A stretch of 64,000 bases of DNA from Caldisericia bacterium (GTDB lineage Bacteria > Caldisericota > Caldisericia > UBA6126), in assembly GCA_035363255.1 (NCBI GenBank), contig DAOSES010000005.1:5436-69435 (forward strand). The letters run 5' to 3'. This document shows positions 8,644 through 20,400 of the stretch, one piece after another (position 1 is the first letter of the stretch; every line of letters starts with the position of its first letter). The notes beneath the pieces were generated by a model. It had not been told where the DNA came from. It made no database searches and saw only the letters and a program-made list of their open reading frames with translations. The position numbers and the translations under genes are program-made.

Positions 8644-10027
8644 TTTTTTATTTTATTCTGCCCTATTTTTCTATACTCTCACTGCTTTTTTCTTTTTGCG
8701 ATTGTTTGTCTGGAAAAGATATAGTGAGTATTTTTATTGGAAAAAGCGACCCTTCATCTCCTCTCTTGATTTAAGCTATCTTGCTCGTCATCAAAAAAGT
8801 GATTTACCATTTCTGAGCATTCTTGTTCCTGCTCGAGATGAAGCCCTGGTGATTGAAAAAACCATCTCCAACCTTTGCCAGATGGAGTATTCTCCCAGCC
8901 ATTATGAGATTATAATCATCACCGACGAAAGAGAAGAAATCGCATTTCTTAAAAAAGCCAGGTCCAACCTTCCAACAACTGCAAGCATAGCCCGTGATTG
9001 GCAAGTAAAATGCTTTCAGCAAGGCCCACGCATCAAAGTGCTTACTGTCCCCCTGGGTTTTGATGGTCAATATCAGGGAAAGGTTTCTTCCGTCCAGTTT
9101 CCATCTACCAAAGGCAGAGCCCTTAACTATGCCCTGTCTTATCTTGATGGTCGATCCACGGTTCTTGGTTTTTATGATGCAGAAAGTCGCCCGGATCATA
9201 AAACTTTTCTCTACGTCGCTCATGAATACCTTATTAAAAAAGAAGGAATGGCGATATTGCAAGGACCACTATTTCAAGTGAGAAATTTCTATCGCCTGGG
9301 TCCAGTGTCTCGCCTGGGGGGTTTGTTTAAAGCCATATCTCATGATTGGTACCTCCCTGTGATTTTTAAAACCCTTCCCTTTGTGGGGGGTACTCATTTT
9401 TATGCAATACGGAGCCTGGTGGAACAGGTCAGGGGTTTTAATCTCTCTGCTTTGACCGAAGATTTAGATTTTGGTATTCGAGCTTATCAACACAAACAGC
9501 AAAAAGTTGAATTTCTGCCTTTGGTCTCCACCGAACAAACTCCCCCACGTTTCAGGCAATATTTTCAACAACGTTTGCGATGGGCCTCTGGACATCTACA
9601 AGTGATGTCAGCTCTCAGCAAGCGCGATCCCATCTTTTGGCATCTTTTTTTCAAAGGACCTTTTGAATGGCTCTTGTATCAGGGATCAGCATTTACAGTG
9701 ATAGGGCTCAATCTCTTACTGCTTTCCACCCGCTTTGGATGGGTCCCAGCCACTATGATCCATTTTCCTCTTAGTATGGAGTATGTTTTTGGTTTTCTTA
9801 ATATTCCTTATTTTCTTTTTTCTTATTACTGCTTTCGTCGCTATGCTTTCACCTACGACCGTGATAAGCATCTCACGCATATGTTTCCAGGTTTTGATTT
9901 AATCAGAATCATAAGCTCTTCTCTCTTGGTTTTTCTTTTGCCATTACCTTACACCTATGCCATAGCTCTGCATTTTTTTCGAAAAAAACCCTTAATATGG
10001 GTTAAAACCGCAAGAACAGCTGAATAA
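8627..10027 (+). CDS. integral-membrane family-2 glycosyltransferase (processive GT2, cellulose-synthase/PgaC-like)
   Basis: N-terminal TM segment. GT-A fold motifs: ILVPARDE, the DxD-like IIIITDE, and QQRLRWASGH (the Q(Q/R)xRW motif). Several C-terminal TM helices. 17-nt overlap with the upstream surface-protein gene. Confidence 0.75.
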   Translation: MNLLSSFLFYSALFFYTLTAFFFLRLFVWKRYSEYFYWKKRPFISSLDLSYLARHQKSDLPFLSILVPARDEALVIEKTISNLCQMEYSPSHYEIIIITDEREEIAFLKKARSNLPTTASIARDWQVKCFQQGPRIKVLTVPLGFDGQYQGKVSSVQFPSTKGRALNYALSYLDGRSTVLGFYDAESRPDHKTFLYVAHEYLIKKEGMAILQGPLFQVRNFYRLGPVSRLGGLFKAISHDWYLPVIFKTLPFVGGTHFYAIRSLVEQVRGFNLSALTEDLDFGIRAYQHKQQKVEFLPLVSTEQTPPRFRQYFQQRLRWASGHLQVMSALSKRDPIFWHLFFKGPFEWLLYQGSAFTVIGLNLLLLSTRFGWVPATMIHFPLSMEYVFGFLNIPYFLFSYYCFRRYAFTYDRDKHLTHMFPGFDLIRIISSSLLVFLLPLPYTYAIALHFFRKKPLIWVKTARTAE

Positions 10028-10127
10028 ACTGTCTTAGAATCTTCATTTAAAACAGCTATTTTCTCAAGCTTTATTTAAAACTTATTAATCAATTTTGATT
10101 ATTTTTTAAAAAAACTGTATTTTATTC

Positions 10128-10156
10128 TTGACAAATAAGAATACTATTTGTAAAGT
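10128..10156 (+). promoter_or_regulatory. candidate sigma-70 promoter for the DUF4143 ATPase gene (possibly near-leaderless transcript)
   Basis: TTGACA (10128-10133), 17-nt spacer, TAAAGT (10151-10156). ATG at 10163 is only 6 nt downstream. Confidence 0.4.
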
Positions 10157-10162
10157 CAAGGT

Positions 10163-11338
10163 ATGTTTAAAGAACGTGAGATTTTAACATCTCTACAACC
10201 TTTTTTATATAGTCCAGAGGCCGTATTCATAACAGGCATGCGCCGTACGGGCAAAACCTCCATATTAAAATACCTTTATACAAAATTTGATACCAAAAAC
10301 AAATTATTCCTGGATCTCGAAAATCCCATCAATCGAAAGTACTTTGAATCTGACAACTACGAAAAAATAAAATCTTCTCTCGAGATTCTCGGACTCGACT
10401 TTACCACTCCAAAAATTGCTATTTTCCTTGATGAAATCCAATACTTTCAAACACTCCCATCGATTGTCAAATACTTCATTGATACCTACCGGGTAAAATT
10501 CTTTTTAACCGGATCTATTCATTATTATTCACAAAAACTATTTGACGAATCTCTTGCTGGAAGAAAAGTAGTTTTTGATCTCTTTCCCCTTACATTTAGG
10601 GAGTTTTTACGCTTTAAAGGCAAAAAACTCAACCCCCCCATCAACAACAATGGAGGCATATCCAAAGCCATTTTTGACGTCTTATCCACCATGTACGAAG
10701 AATATATTTTGTTTGGTGGTTTTCCTGAAGTAGTACTCAAAAAAACGATCGAAGAAAAAAACCGTATTCTTGATGATATCTTTGCTTCTTTTTTTAAATT
10801 TGAGGTAGTCCAATTGAGTTCCTATCGAAAAAGTGAGGTCATTCGCGATCTCATGCTCTTACTCATGAAGCGCACCTGTCATCGTCTGGACATCCAAAAA
10901 ATATCCCACGAACTTGGAATATCTCGCGCAACCACCTACGAATACCTACGCTTTTTAGAGGATTCCTATTTTATTCGCATTGTTCGCCCCTATCTTAGCG
11001 AAAATTCCTTAGAGATTCGAAAATCAGCCCGAGTTTATATCTGCGACAGTGGGCTTGTCAATCAGTTCACCCGAGTCCCTGAAGAATACCTTTTCCAAAA
11101 CAGCGTTTTCCAAAACCTTCAAACCAAAGGCACTCTCCAATACTACGAACGAAAAAGTGGAGCAGGTATCCATTTTATCCTCAACGAAAAGCAAGCTTTC
11201 CAAGTCACTCTCCATCCAAACAAATCCGATCTAAGTCGGCTTAAAAGACTGGCGAGTGAGCTCGAATTAACTGAGTTTGCTCTTGTTTCCAAGCATTATT
11301 CCGAGCTCGAAGCGGTGGAGTACGCCTTTATGGTCTAA
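10163..11338 (+). CDS. AAA-family ATPase with C-terminal DUF4143 domain
   Basis: Walker A GMRRTGKTS, Walker B-like IFLDEIQY, and a C-terminal segment typical of DUF4143. AT-rich intergenic regions on both sides. Candidate own promoter TTGACA-17-TAAAGT immediately upstream. Confidence 0.7.
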   Translation: MFKEREILTSLQPFLYSPEAVFITGMRRTGKTSILKYLYTKFDTKNKLFLDLENPINRKYFESDNYEKIKSSLEILGLDFTTPKIAIFLDEIQYFQTLPSIVKYFIDTYRVKFFLTGSIHYYSQKLFDESLAGRKVVFDLFPLTFREFLRFKGKKLNPPINNNGGISKAIFDVLSTMYEEYILFGGFPEVVLKKTIEEKNRILDDIFASFFKFEVVQLSSYRKSEVIRDLMLLLMKRTCHRLDIQKISHELGISRATTYEYLRFLEDSYFIRIVRPYLSENSLEIRKSARVYICDSGLVNQFTRVPEEYLFQNSVFQNLQTKGTLQYYERKSGAGIHFILNEKQAFQVTLHPNKSDLSRLKRLASELELTEFALVSKHYSELEAVEYAFMV

Positions 11339-11459
11339 ATGAACCAAGCGATGAACCTGCTAAAAAAAGGATGGTATTTAGTTTATGATGAATAAAAAAA
11401 ATAACGACTATATTACAAAGTTTATGGATAATCGATTTTTAATGCAAAGGAGAAATATA

Positions 11460-14400
11460 ATGAGAAAAGGAATTAGTCTAAGTATTGTGCTATTTCTCGT
11501 TCTTTCTCAGTTCGTTTTTGTGCAACCTGCAGCTGCTCTTTCCGCAGCAAATGTTACCGTTACTCCCCCCATCGCTGGCAAAGAGGCTTCCTATTCCATC
11601 GCTTTCACTACCGGAGCCCTGCCAGCCCATGAAATACCTGCAAGCACCGGCTATATCCGCATCACCTTCCCCTCAGGCACCACCATCCCCACCACCATCA
11701 CCGCGGCTGATGTTACGGTTAATGCAGTGGCCACCCCTTCCAATCCCACGGTCTCAGGTAGTTCGGTGCGTGTCATGGTTCCATCTTCCATCACACCCAG
11801 CTCTCCTGTTACTCTTCTTTTTGCGCTCAATGCCGGCATTAAAAATCCCACTACCACCACAGGAAATCTCAAGCTCAAAGTTGAGACAGGATACCTGGTA
11901 GGCACTACTCAAACAGTCATCGAATCAGCAGTTGATTCCAACCCCTATTTCATCGGTTCTCCCGCCACGGTTACTCCTGCTGTCAACACCGATCTCAGCA
12001 CTTTTGTGGAATACAAAGTGGTTTGGAAGCTTGGCAATGAAGGCGCTCTTAGCAAAAACTCCGGCACCATCACCCTCACCTTTCCTCCTGCTTTTGATAT
12101 GCCTGATGGCGCTTATCTAAACGCAATTCCTGGTACCTATATCATGGTCAACAATACCCGTCTAAATGCTTCTGCCACTTGCACCAAAGCTCTTCCTGCG
12201 GATCCTCTCGTTATTACTTTTACCACTCCTGTCGATTTAGCCAACAACGCAACCGTTACAGTTCTTTTGACCAATCAAGTGGGTATGAAAAATCCCATCG
12301 CTGGAGACTACACTATCCAGGTCAAAACATCCAAAGAAAACACTGACATCCAATCAGAGTCTTTTGCGATCGTCAATGCCGTCAAATTTAACATCGACCT
12401 TGATCCAGTCAAACCAGGCATACAAGGCGTGGTGGTTGATCCCCCAGTAGTCAGTGCGGAAGCCGAATATGTCATCGCCTTTCAAAACAATATTCCCCTT
12501 TCTGTGAATGTTGGCACCATCACTATCGCCTTCCCTACCAGCACCATGCTTCCCACTTCCATCCCCTCTTCTGCAGTTATTTTTGATGTGGGTGGCGTTG
12601 TCACCGATTTGGTCTTTACTCCTGCTCGTTCGGGCAACAATGTGACTATTACTGTTCCCGTAAATATTCCAGCCAATTCTGATATCACCATAACTTTCCA
12701 GCGGTCCTTAAAAGTCAAAAATCCCACTACTGCCAATATATATCACCTTCAGGTCATGACCTCTTCCCAACCCCATTATCGGGTTTCCACACCTTATGCT
12801 ATCGGCACAGCAGTCACTGGTATCAAGGTGACCCCTTCTCCCGATACTTCCAACACAGAAAACGTTCAATACCTGGTTGAATTCAAACTCGGTGCCAATG
12901 GTGCCCTTACCGCCAACACCGACAAAATATATATCATGCTCAAGGTGGCAGCTCCTGTGATGCCTTCCACCCTCACCCCAGCCTCGGTTTTGGTAGGCAA
13001 TGATCGTACTCTGGTAGCCACCGAAGTTGAAAATACCACCCTGCCAGCTGACCCCCTGCTTGCTGGATATCAGCGCTTTATTGTCACTCCTCCCAAGGAT
13101 ATTGCTGCCAATCAAACAGTTAAAGTTACTTTTCTTTCTTCGGCAGGCCTCAAAAACCCCACTCCAGAAAGTCTCAGAGGCTATGTACGCACCAACAAGG
13201 AACCCATTCTTAGCGACTCTCCCTTTTATTTGATAGTGGATGCCGCAGAAGTTGGAAATATTGTCGTAGATCCTCCTTCCTCCGGAGTGGAAGCAGGCTA
13301 TACCATACCAGTCACCATAGGTCAGGCTTTGGCAAAAGATACAGACACCATCACCATTGCTTTCCCGATGGCCACCACTATTCCAACCTCTATTGCTCCT
13401 GGCAGTATCACGGTCAATGGTCTTGGACTTAATTTTGCTCCAACAGTTTCAGGTAGAAATATCACTTTCCGAGTTCCTGCCAATTATCCAGCCACCACTC
13501 TATTAACCATAGAGTTTACCAAAGCAGTCAAAATCAAAAACCCCACCACTCCAGGTCTTTATACCCTCCAGGTTATGACTTCCATGCAACCCAACTACCG
13601 AGTTTCTCCCCCCTACGGCATTGGCTCTTCGGTAACCAACGTAAAAGTGACTCCAAGCCCAGATACTGCCAGCACCACCAATGCTGTTTATGTGGTAGAA
13701 TTCAAACTAGGTGCCAACGGTGCCCTCAGTGGAAACACCGATAAAATATATATCATGCTCAAACTGGATGCTCCAGTGATGCCATCCACTCTCTCTCCCG
13801 CTTCAGTGCTGGTAGGAAATGATCGTACGGTCATCTCAACTGAAATCGAAAATACTACTCTTCCTGCAGATACTTTACCTGCAGGTTATATTCGCCTTGT
13901 GGTCACTCCTCCCAAAGATATCGCCGCCAATCAAAACGTTAAAGTGACCTTTCTGGCTTCAGCAGGGCTTCAAAACCCTCTTCCAGGAAGCTTGAGAGCT
14001 TTTGTGCGCACCAACAAAGAACCCATTGTGATGGATTCAGCTTATTATTTAATCGTTGATGCTGTCCTGGTTGGAAATGTTGTGGTAGATCCTCCCTCCA
14101 CCAGTTCTGAGGCTTCCTATACTTTCCCCATCACCATTGGCAGAGCTATGGTCAAAGATATCGACACTGTCACGGTAGCTTTTCCTCAAAGCAACACCAT
14201 TCCCACCAACATTACCCCCGGAAGCATCACCGTCAATGGCTTACCTCTCAATTTTGCCCCCACGATTTCTTCCCGCACCGTAACTTTCCGTGTTCCAGAC
14301 AACTATATTGCCGGAACTGTACTTAATATCGTATTTACCAAATCTGCAAAGATTAAAAACCCCACCACTGCAGGGCTCTATGAATTGCAGGTCATGACTT

Positions 14401-17400
14401 CCATGCAACCCAACTACCGAGTTTCTCCCCCTTATGGCATTGGAACATCGGTATCAGGCTTGAAAATTACCCCCAGCCCCCAGACAAAACTTTCAACTGA
14501 TGTTCAGTATGTGGTTGAATTTCGTTTGGGTGCTAATGGAGCTTTGCGAGGAAACACCGACAAAATTGTTCTTTTACTGCCTCTCACTTCCCCCCTCATG
14601 CCCTCCACCATTCCTGGCTCATCGGTGATGGTAGGCAATGATCTTTGCACCATAGCTATAGCAGTGGAAAATACGACAGCTCCTACCGACGCACTTCCTG
14701 GAGTTGAATATGTAAGAATTATCGTCACTCCTCCCAAAGATATAGCTTCAGGTCAAAATGTAAAAATCACCTTCCTGCCCTCAGCAAGCCTTCAAAACCC
14801 CAATGCAGGAAATTGGCGTGCCTATGCGCGTACTTCTCAAGAGCCTATCGTCGTCGAATCTGATTACTACCTAATAGCTGATGCCATCGACATCACAGCA
14901 GTAAATGTAAACCCTCCCTCAGTTTCGGTCGAAGCTCAATATACGATTACATTCGATATAGGCACTAATTTAAACCAAAACACTGGAACCATCACTGCTT
15001 CCTTCCCAACAGGCACCACTATTCCCACCACTATTCCCACGAGTGCTGTCCAAATCACCCAAAACGCCATCACCCAAAACCTTACCGTCAATCCCCAGGT
15101 TTCTGGCACTCGTGTAATTATCACCGTTCCAATGAATTTAATAGCCAACCCTTTATGGCCTATTACCCTGGTTTTCCAAAAAAGTGCAGGCATCAAAAAC
15201 CCCACCAAGCCAGGTCTTTATACCCTTCAAATGATGACCTCTGCTCAGCCCTATTTCCGAGAATCCCCCATGTACACCATCGGTTCTTCGGTTTCTGCAG
15301 TCAAAATTACTCCCATGCCCAATACCATGGCAGAGCAAAACGTTGAATATCATGTGGAGTTCAAAACTGGAGCAGTAAATCTCAGAGCTAATCTTGACCA
15401 GATTTTCGTCTGGCTCCCCATTTCTGGCGTTGGTCCTTCTCCTTTGTCTCCCGCCACAATCCTGGTCAATGGTGTTTACACCAGCTTAAGCACTACCCAT
15501 GTGCTCGACACCATCAATGCCGTAAACTACCAAAAATTTATGATCACCGTACCCGCGGAAGTCAAACAAAACTCTACCGCAAAAGTAGTTTTCCTCAGCT
15601 CCTGTGCTTTAGCAAATCCTCTTGCAGAAGGCATCTATAAAGGGTATGTCGCCACTTCTCTCGAAGATATCCCCATCGAGTCGGAGCTCTACGGAATTGT
15701 AGATTCTGTTACTTTCCCTGGCTTTATCCCTCCTGGTGACTTAAGATCAGTGCTTCCAAAACCTAATGCTATTAAGCTTCCTGCCCAATATTTACTATCT
15801 TTCCGTACCACCATAGGCAAGCCAACCCTGCAAGCCAACATTGGCACGGTATCAGTAGTTTTCCCTGCAGGCACCAAAGTCCCAGGCACCATATCCGCTG
15901 GCTCGATCTATGTTTCCAAGACTCCTACCCCTATATGGGCACCCGGGACCCCCGACAACGTAGTTTGCAATCCTCCCTCCGGGACGGTAGTCACCCAACC
16001 CGTGATAGTATCCGGGCAAGAGGTTACCTTCCGTACGCCTATGGATATTTTTGGCGGTGAAACAGTCTATGTGCTCTTCTGTTTGTCTGCCAACATCGAA
16101 AATCCACCCGATCCTGGCTTATACCATTTACAGATCAAAACAAGTTCTCAACCCAATTATGGTATATCCAGATCTTATCTCATTCGTTCCACCATCGAAA
16201 AACCAGTCGTTACTCCTATTCCTGCCGTCACTGCTGAACTGGCGGAATATACGATTCGCTTCAAACTCGGTGCCCAAGGAGCATTGACTCCCAATGTTGA
16301 CAAGATATTCCTTGCTTTCAAGAAGGATCCCCTTAATGTGAACGATTATACTACCCCCCCTGCAGGCAACCTTGCTCCCTCCACTATTCGTGTCAACGGC
16401 GTCTTTACCACTGCCTTCAATATTGTCCAAACTGGGCCTGTGCTTCCCCCCAATGTGGACAATGCCCCTGGCTGGACAGAATATCGCTGGATAGAAATTC
16501 AAAGCCCCATGGCTTTAGATGCAAGCCAGGAAGTTACCATTCAGATTTTAGAATCTGCAGGACTAATCAACCCCATCAATGCAGGCAATCATATGCTGGT
16601 CGCTTGGACCAATAAAGAGCCAGTGGCGATAGGGTCTTTTGAATACATCCTGGGTGATGCAATCAAAAATGTTACGGTTCCGGTTTCTCATCCCAATCCT
16701 CGTACTGCAGGCAGCATTGCTGAATATCAAATTGAATTCAATCTTGGAGCATCTCCGGTAAGTGCTCTTAATGCCAATGTAAGCACAGTTACTGTTACCT
16801 TCCCTGAAGGTACTATTCTTCCAAGCTCCATCAATCCTGCAGATATTAAAATTCGACAGGGAGTAAATCCTTTTGCTTCATCACTTCCCCCAGTAGTCAT
16901 AAGTGACCGTTCCATCCAGTTTGTTGTTCCAAATTCTATAGCTGCTGGTTCTTCCGTAACTGTACTCTTCGCCAAAGGAGCAAAAATCAGTAACCCAACA
17001 ACACCAGGTTCTTATCGGCTTAAGGTTCGCACTTCTTCTCAGCCGATTGATGCTCATTCCAATTACTATACTATTCTCTCCACCAGCGGAATTCCCAAAG
17101 TGAGTGCTGATCCTGCGGTCATCAACTACGAAAATACAGCTTATACCGTCGAGTTTACCAGTGGGCAAAATGGCTCTCTGAGTGCAGGCATCGACAAGAT
17201 TAAAATCTATTTTGATCCTACATTAGCTGGATTTAATGACAATCCAGACCCATATCCACAATTGAATACAGCCATACCTCCTAATTCTATTCATGTTAAT
17301 GGGGTTCCCATATCAAGCATTCCCGAAAAGATTAACTCTCTTACTCGTTTACAATACTTACAATTTTTTACTCCTGTTGATATTGCCGCTGGTGAATTAG

Positions 17401-20400
17401 TAATAGTCGAAATCTTGGGTCTTACTGGTATTAAAAATCCTGGAGTTGTTGGGCCTTATCGATTAGTAATTGAAACCACCTCTGAACCCACCCCGGTCGA
17501 GTCTATGGAATTTAGTCTCTTTTCATCCATCACTGCTCCTCTCGTGACTCTTTCCGTTTCTGATGCTACTCCTCCCAAACCCAAGGGCACCAGTCCTCAT
17601 GCCAAGGTTCAGGTTAAAATTGATTTCAATACTGGCCCCGCAGGCAATCTGGTAAAAGATATTGGCACTCTAAGCATTGAGTTTCCTTTTGATACTTATC
17701 TGCCACTTGCTTTTGCTCCTGGCAGCATTCGAGTCAATGGCATCACTCTCGTGGAAGCCCCTGTGGTAGATCTTGAACATCGCAAAATAACCATGAAAAC
17801 TCCTGTACATATTGCTTCCAATGCCGCAGTGGAAATTATTTTCACTGAATTGGCCGGAGTAAGAAATCCTACTCAACCTGGCAACTATACCCTCAAGGTA
17901 GCTAGCTCTTCAGAGCCCTTGTTTATTCGCTCCACTCCTTACGTGATTGAGGGGCTTTCTGCCGCAAGCGTGGAAGTTGATCCCTGTTTGTTTGATAGCG
18001 CTATGGCGAAATATCATATTAGCTTCCAAAACACACTTCCCATTCTCTCTGGTTCCACCATCATTATTGAGTTTCCCCATGGCACCAAATTGCCTTCAGT
18101 GATCCAGGGTAGTTATGTTCTGGTCAATGGAAGACCTGCCAATGTGGGCACTTTCCCTCAGGTAGCAGTCAATCTGCAAACAGTAGAAATTAAAGTACCC
18201 GAAAATATTCCTGGCTTATCCGTGATTGACATCGTCTTCCTTCCCGAAGCCCGTATCACCAATCCTCCCAGCGGAAACTATATGCTCAAGATCCGTACCA
18301 ATACTGCTGATCCTGATTTTCGCTTTATCGAATCTCAGCCTTACTATATCTGCCAGCTCATTTCGTTGGCATCAGTAGAGATTACTCCCCAAAATCCCAC
18401 CCTGGAAAAGAATTCCACTCGAGCTTTTACTGCTATTGTAAAAGACGATCAGGGCAATGAAGTCAAGTCGGGTTTACAATTCAATTGGACCTTGGAAGGC
18501 ACTGTAGGCAATATCTCGCCCAATAATGCCCGTACCGTTACCTTTACTGCCGGATCCCAAGCTGGAAAAGGCAAGCTGTCTGTTCAAGTCAGAGCTTATG
18601 GCACCCCCGATCCCGTCACAGCATCTACCGATATTACTATCGCTGCCAGTCTGGCATCCATTACCATATCTCCAAGCTCTGCTACCGTCCAAACAGGTAA
18701 AACTCAAACTTTTACCGCAACTGCAAAAGATGAATTAGGCGCAACCCTAAATATAGACGTTGATTGGACCCTCATTGGAGCATTAGGCTCCTTGAGTCCT
18801 GCCAAAGGCAAGACCACTACCTTCACTGCCAGCAGCACCGAAGGAACCGGACAAATCAAAGCTTCTGCCACTTTCGGAGGAGTTAGCAAAGAAGCTACTT
18901 CTTCTATCACTGTCAGCTCCGAAGCTGCTCCACCTCCCCCCCCTCCTCCTCCCCCACCCCCTGCTGATGTTCAACCTTTCACTGTGGTGGTAGCTCCATC
19001 CAATGTTCGCAGTAGTCAGGCAGAGATTAACTTCTCCTTTACAGTATCTGCTTTGGCAAACGTGGACAATGGACTCTTTGACATGACTATACCCGAAGCT
19101 TTCCCAGCGCCAATCCTGACCTCTTCTTCAGCAGGTTTTGTTGAAGTCAAGGGAGGAGCGGGAGTTGAATTAGCCACCCCTATTTCCATCAATCAACGAA
19201 CAATAACCATCACAGTCACCAAAATGACTCGGGGACAAATCTTTACTTTGTCGTATAGTCGCGTGACTGCTCCTGAACGTCCTGGTGAATATGTTTTTAT
19301 TTGTAATGGAAAAGCTAAAGCCGATGCAAGCATGAAAGAAGTTACCGAACAACCCAAAGTCACCGTCGTATCAGCCTCTGATGGTGCTGGTAGAGCTACC
19401 ATTCAGCCTAACGAAGCTTCAGCTGGAGCTATTGGTCAGCAGTTTGCCATTACTTTTATCGCTGATGCTATCATGGATGGAGGAGCCATTTCAGTGACTA
19501 TTCCTGATGGTTGGTCACGTCCCTCTCTTAACGCCACCTCCCCTGGATTTATAAAAATGGGTGAGATGACAGCAGAAGTTGGCTCTCTCGAAGTTTCTGG
19601 AAACGTCATCACCTTACCCATCGAAAAACTCGATATCAATCAAAAATTTACCATCCTTTATACCAATGTTGAAGTTCCCAAAAATCCCAATACCTACTCA
19701 TTCCTTGTGAAAAGTAAAGGCTTGGGTGGAACTCTCAAACCTATCGTTCTCAATCCCTCGGTCAAAGTGGACAACACCCGCATTGCAGACGGAAAAGTTG
19801 AAGTAAAGCCCAATATGACCAACACCCCCGCAGAATACTCCATCACCTTCCGTTCCTCTCTCAGTGGCTTCCTGCCCAAAGATATCGGCAAAATTACCCT
19901 GGTCTTCCCCGCCGAAACTACCTTACCCTCTTCCATTCCCTCCGATCAGGTCACAGTGAATGGAAAAGTGGTAACACAAGCCATTGAAGTCGATCCTCTT
20001 CGTAGCACTCTTAGCTTGAGCGTTCCTGAGGATTTACCCTCCAATTCGCTCATCATTGTAAAGTTTTCAGAAAAAGCAAATATCATCAATCCCAAGACTC
20101 CCAAAGAAGATTACCGCATTATGATTTCCACTACCTCAGATTCCATCCCAACAGCCAGTGCCAATTTCCGTATTGTGGTGTCTTTGTTGCGTAATGTTAA
20201 AGTTAGCGTTTCGCCCATTGTTCCTGGAGCAAGTGCTGCCTACAACATCAAGCTGATGGTGGGTGGAGCTGGAGCCTTAAACATCAATCAAGATACTATT
20301 ACTTTGGTCTTCCCCTCTGATACTGTTTTGCCGGCTACTATCGCTGCCAATAGCATCACTGTAAACGGAACACCGCTTCAAGTGCGTCCTCAGATCGATA

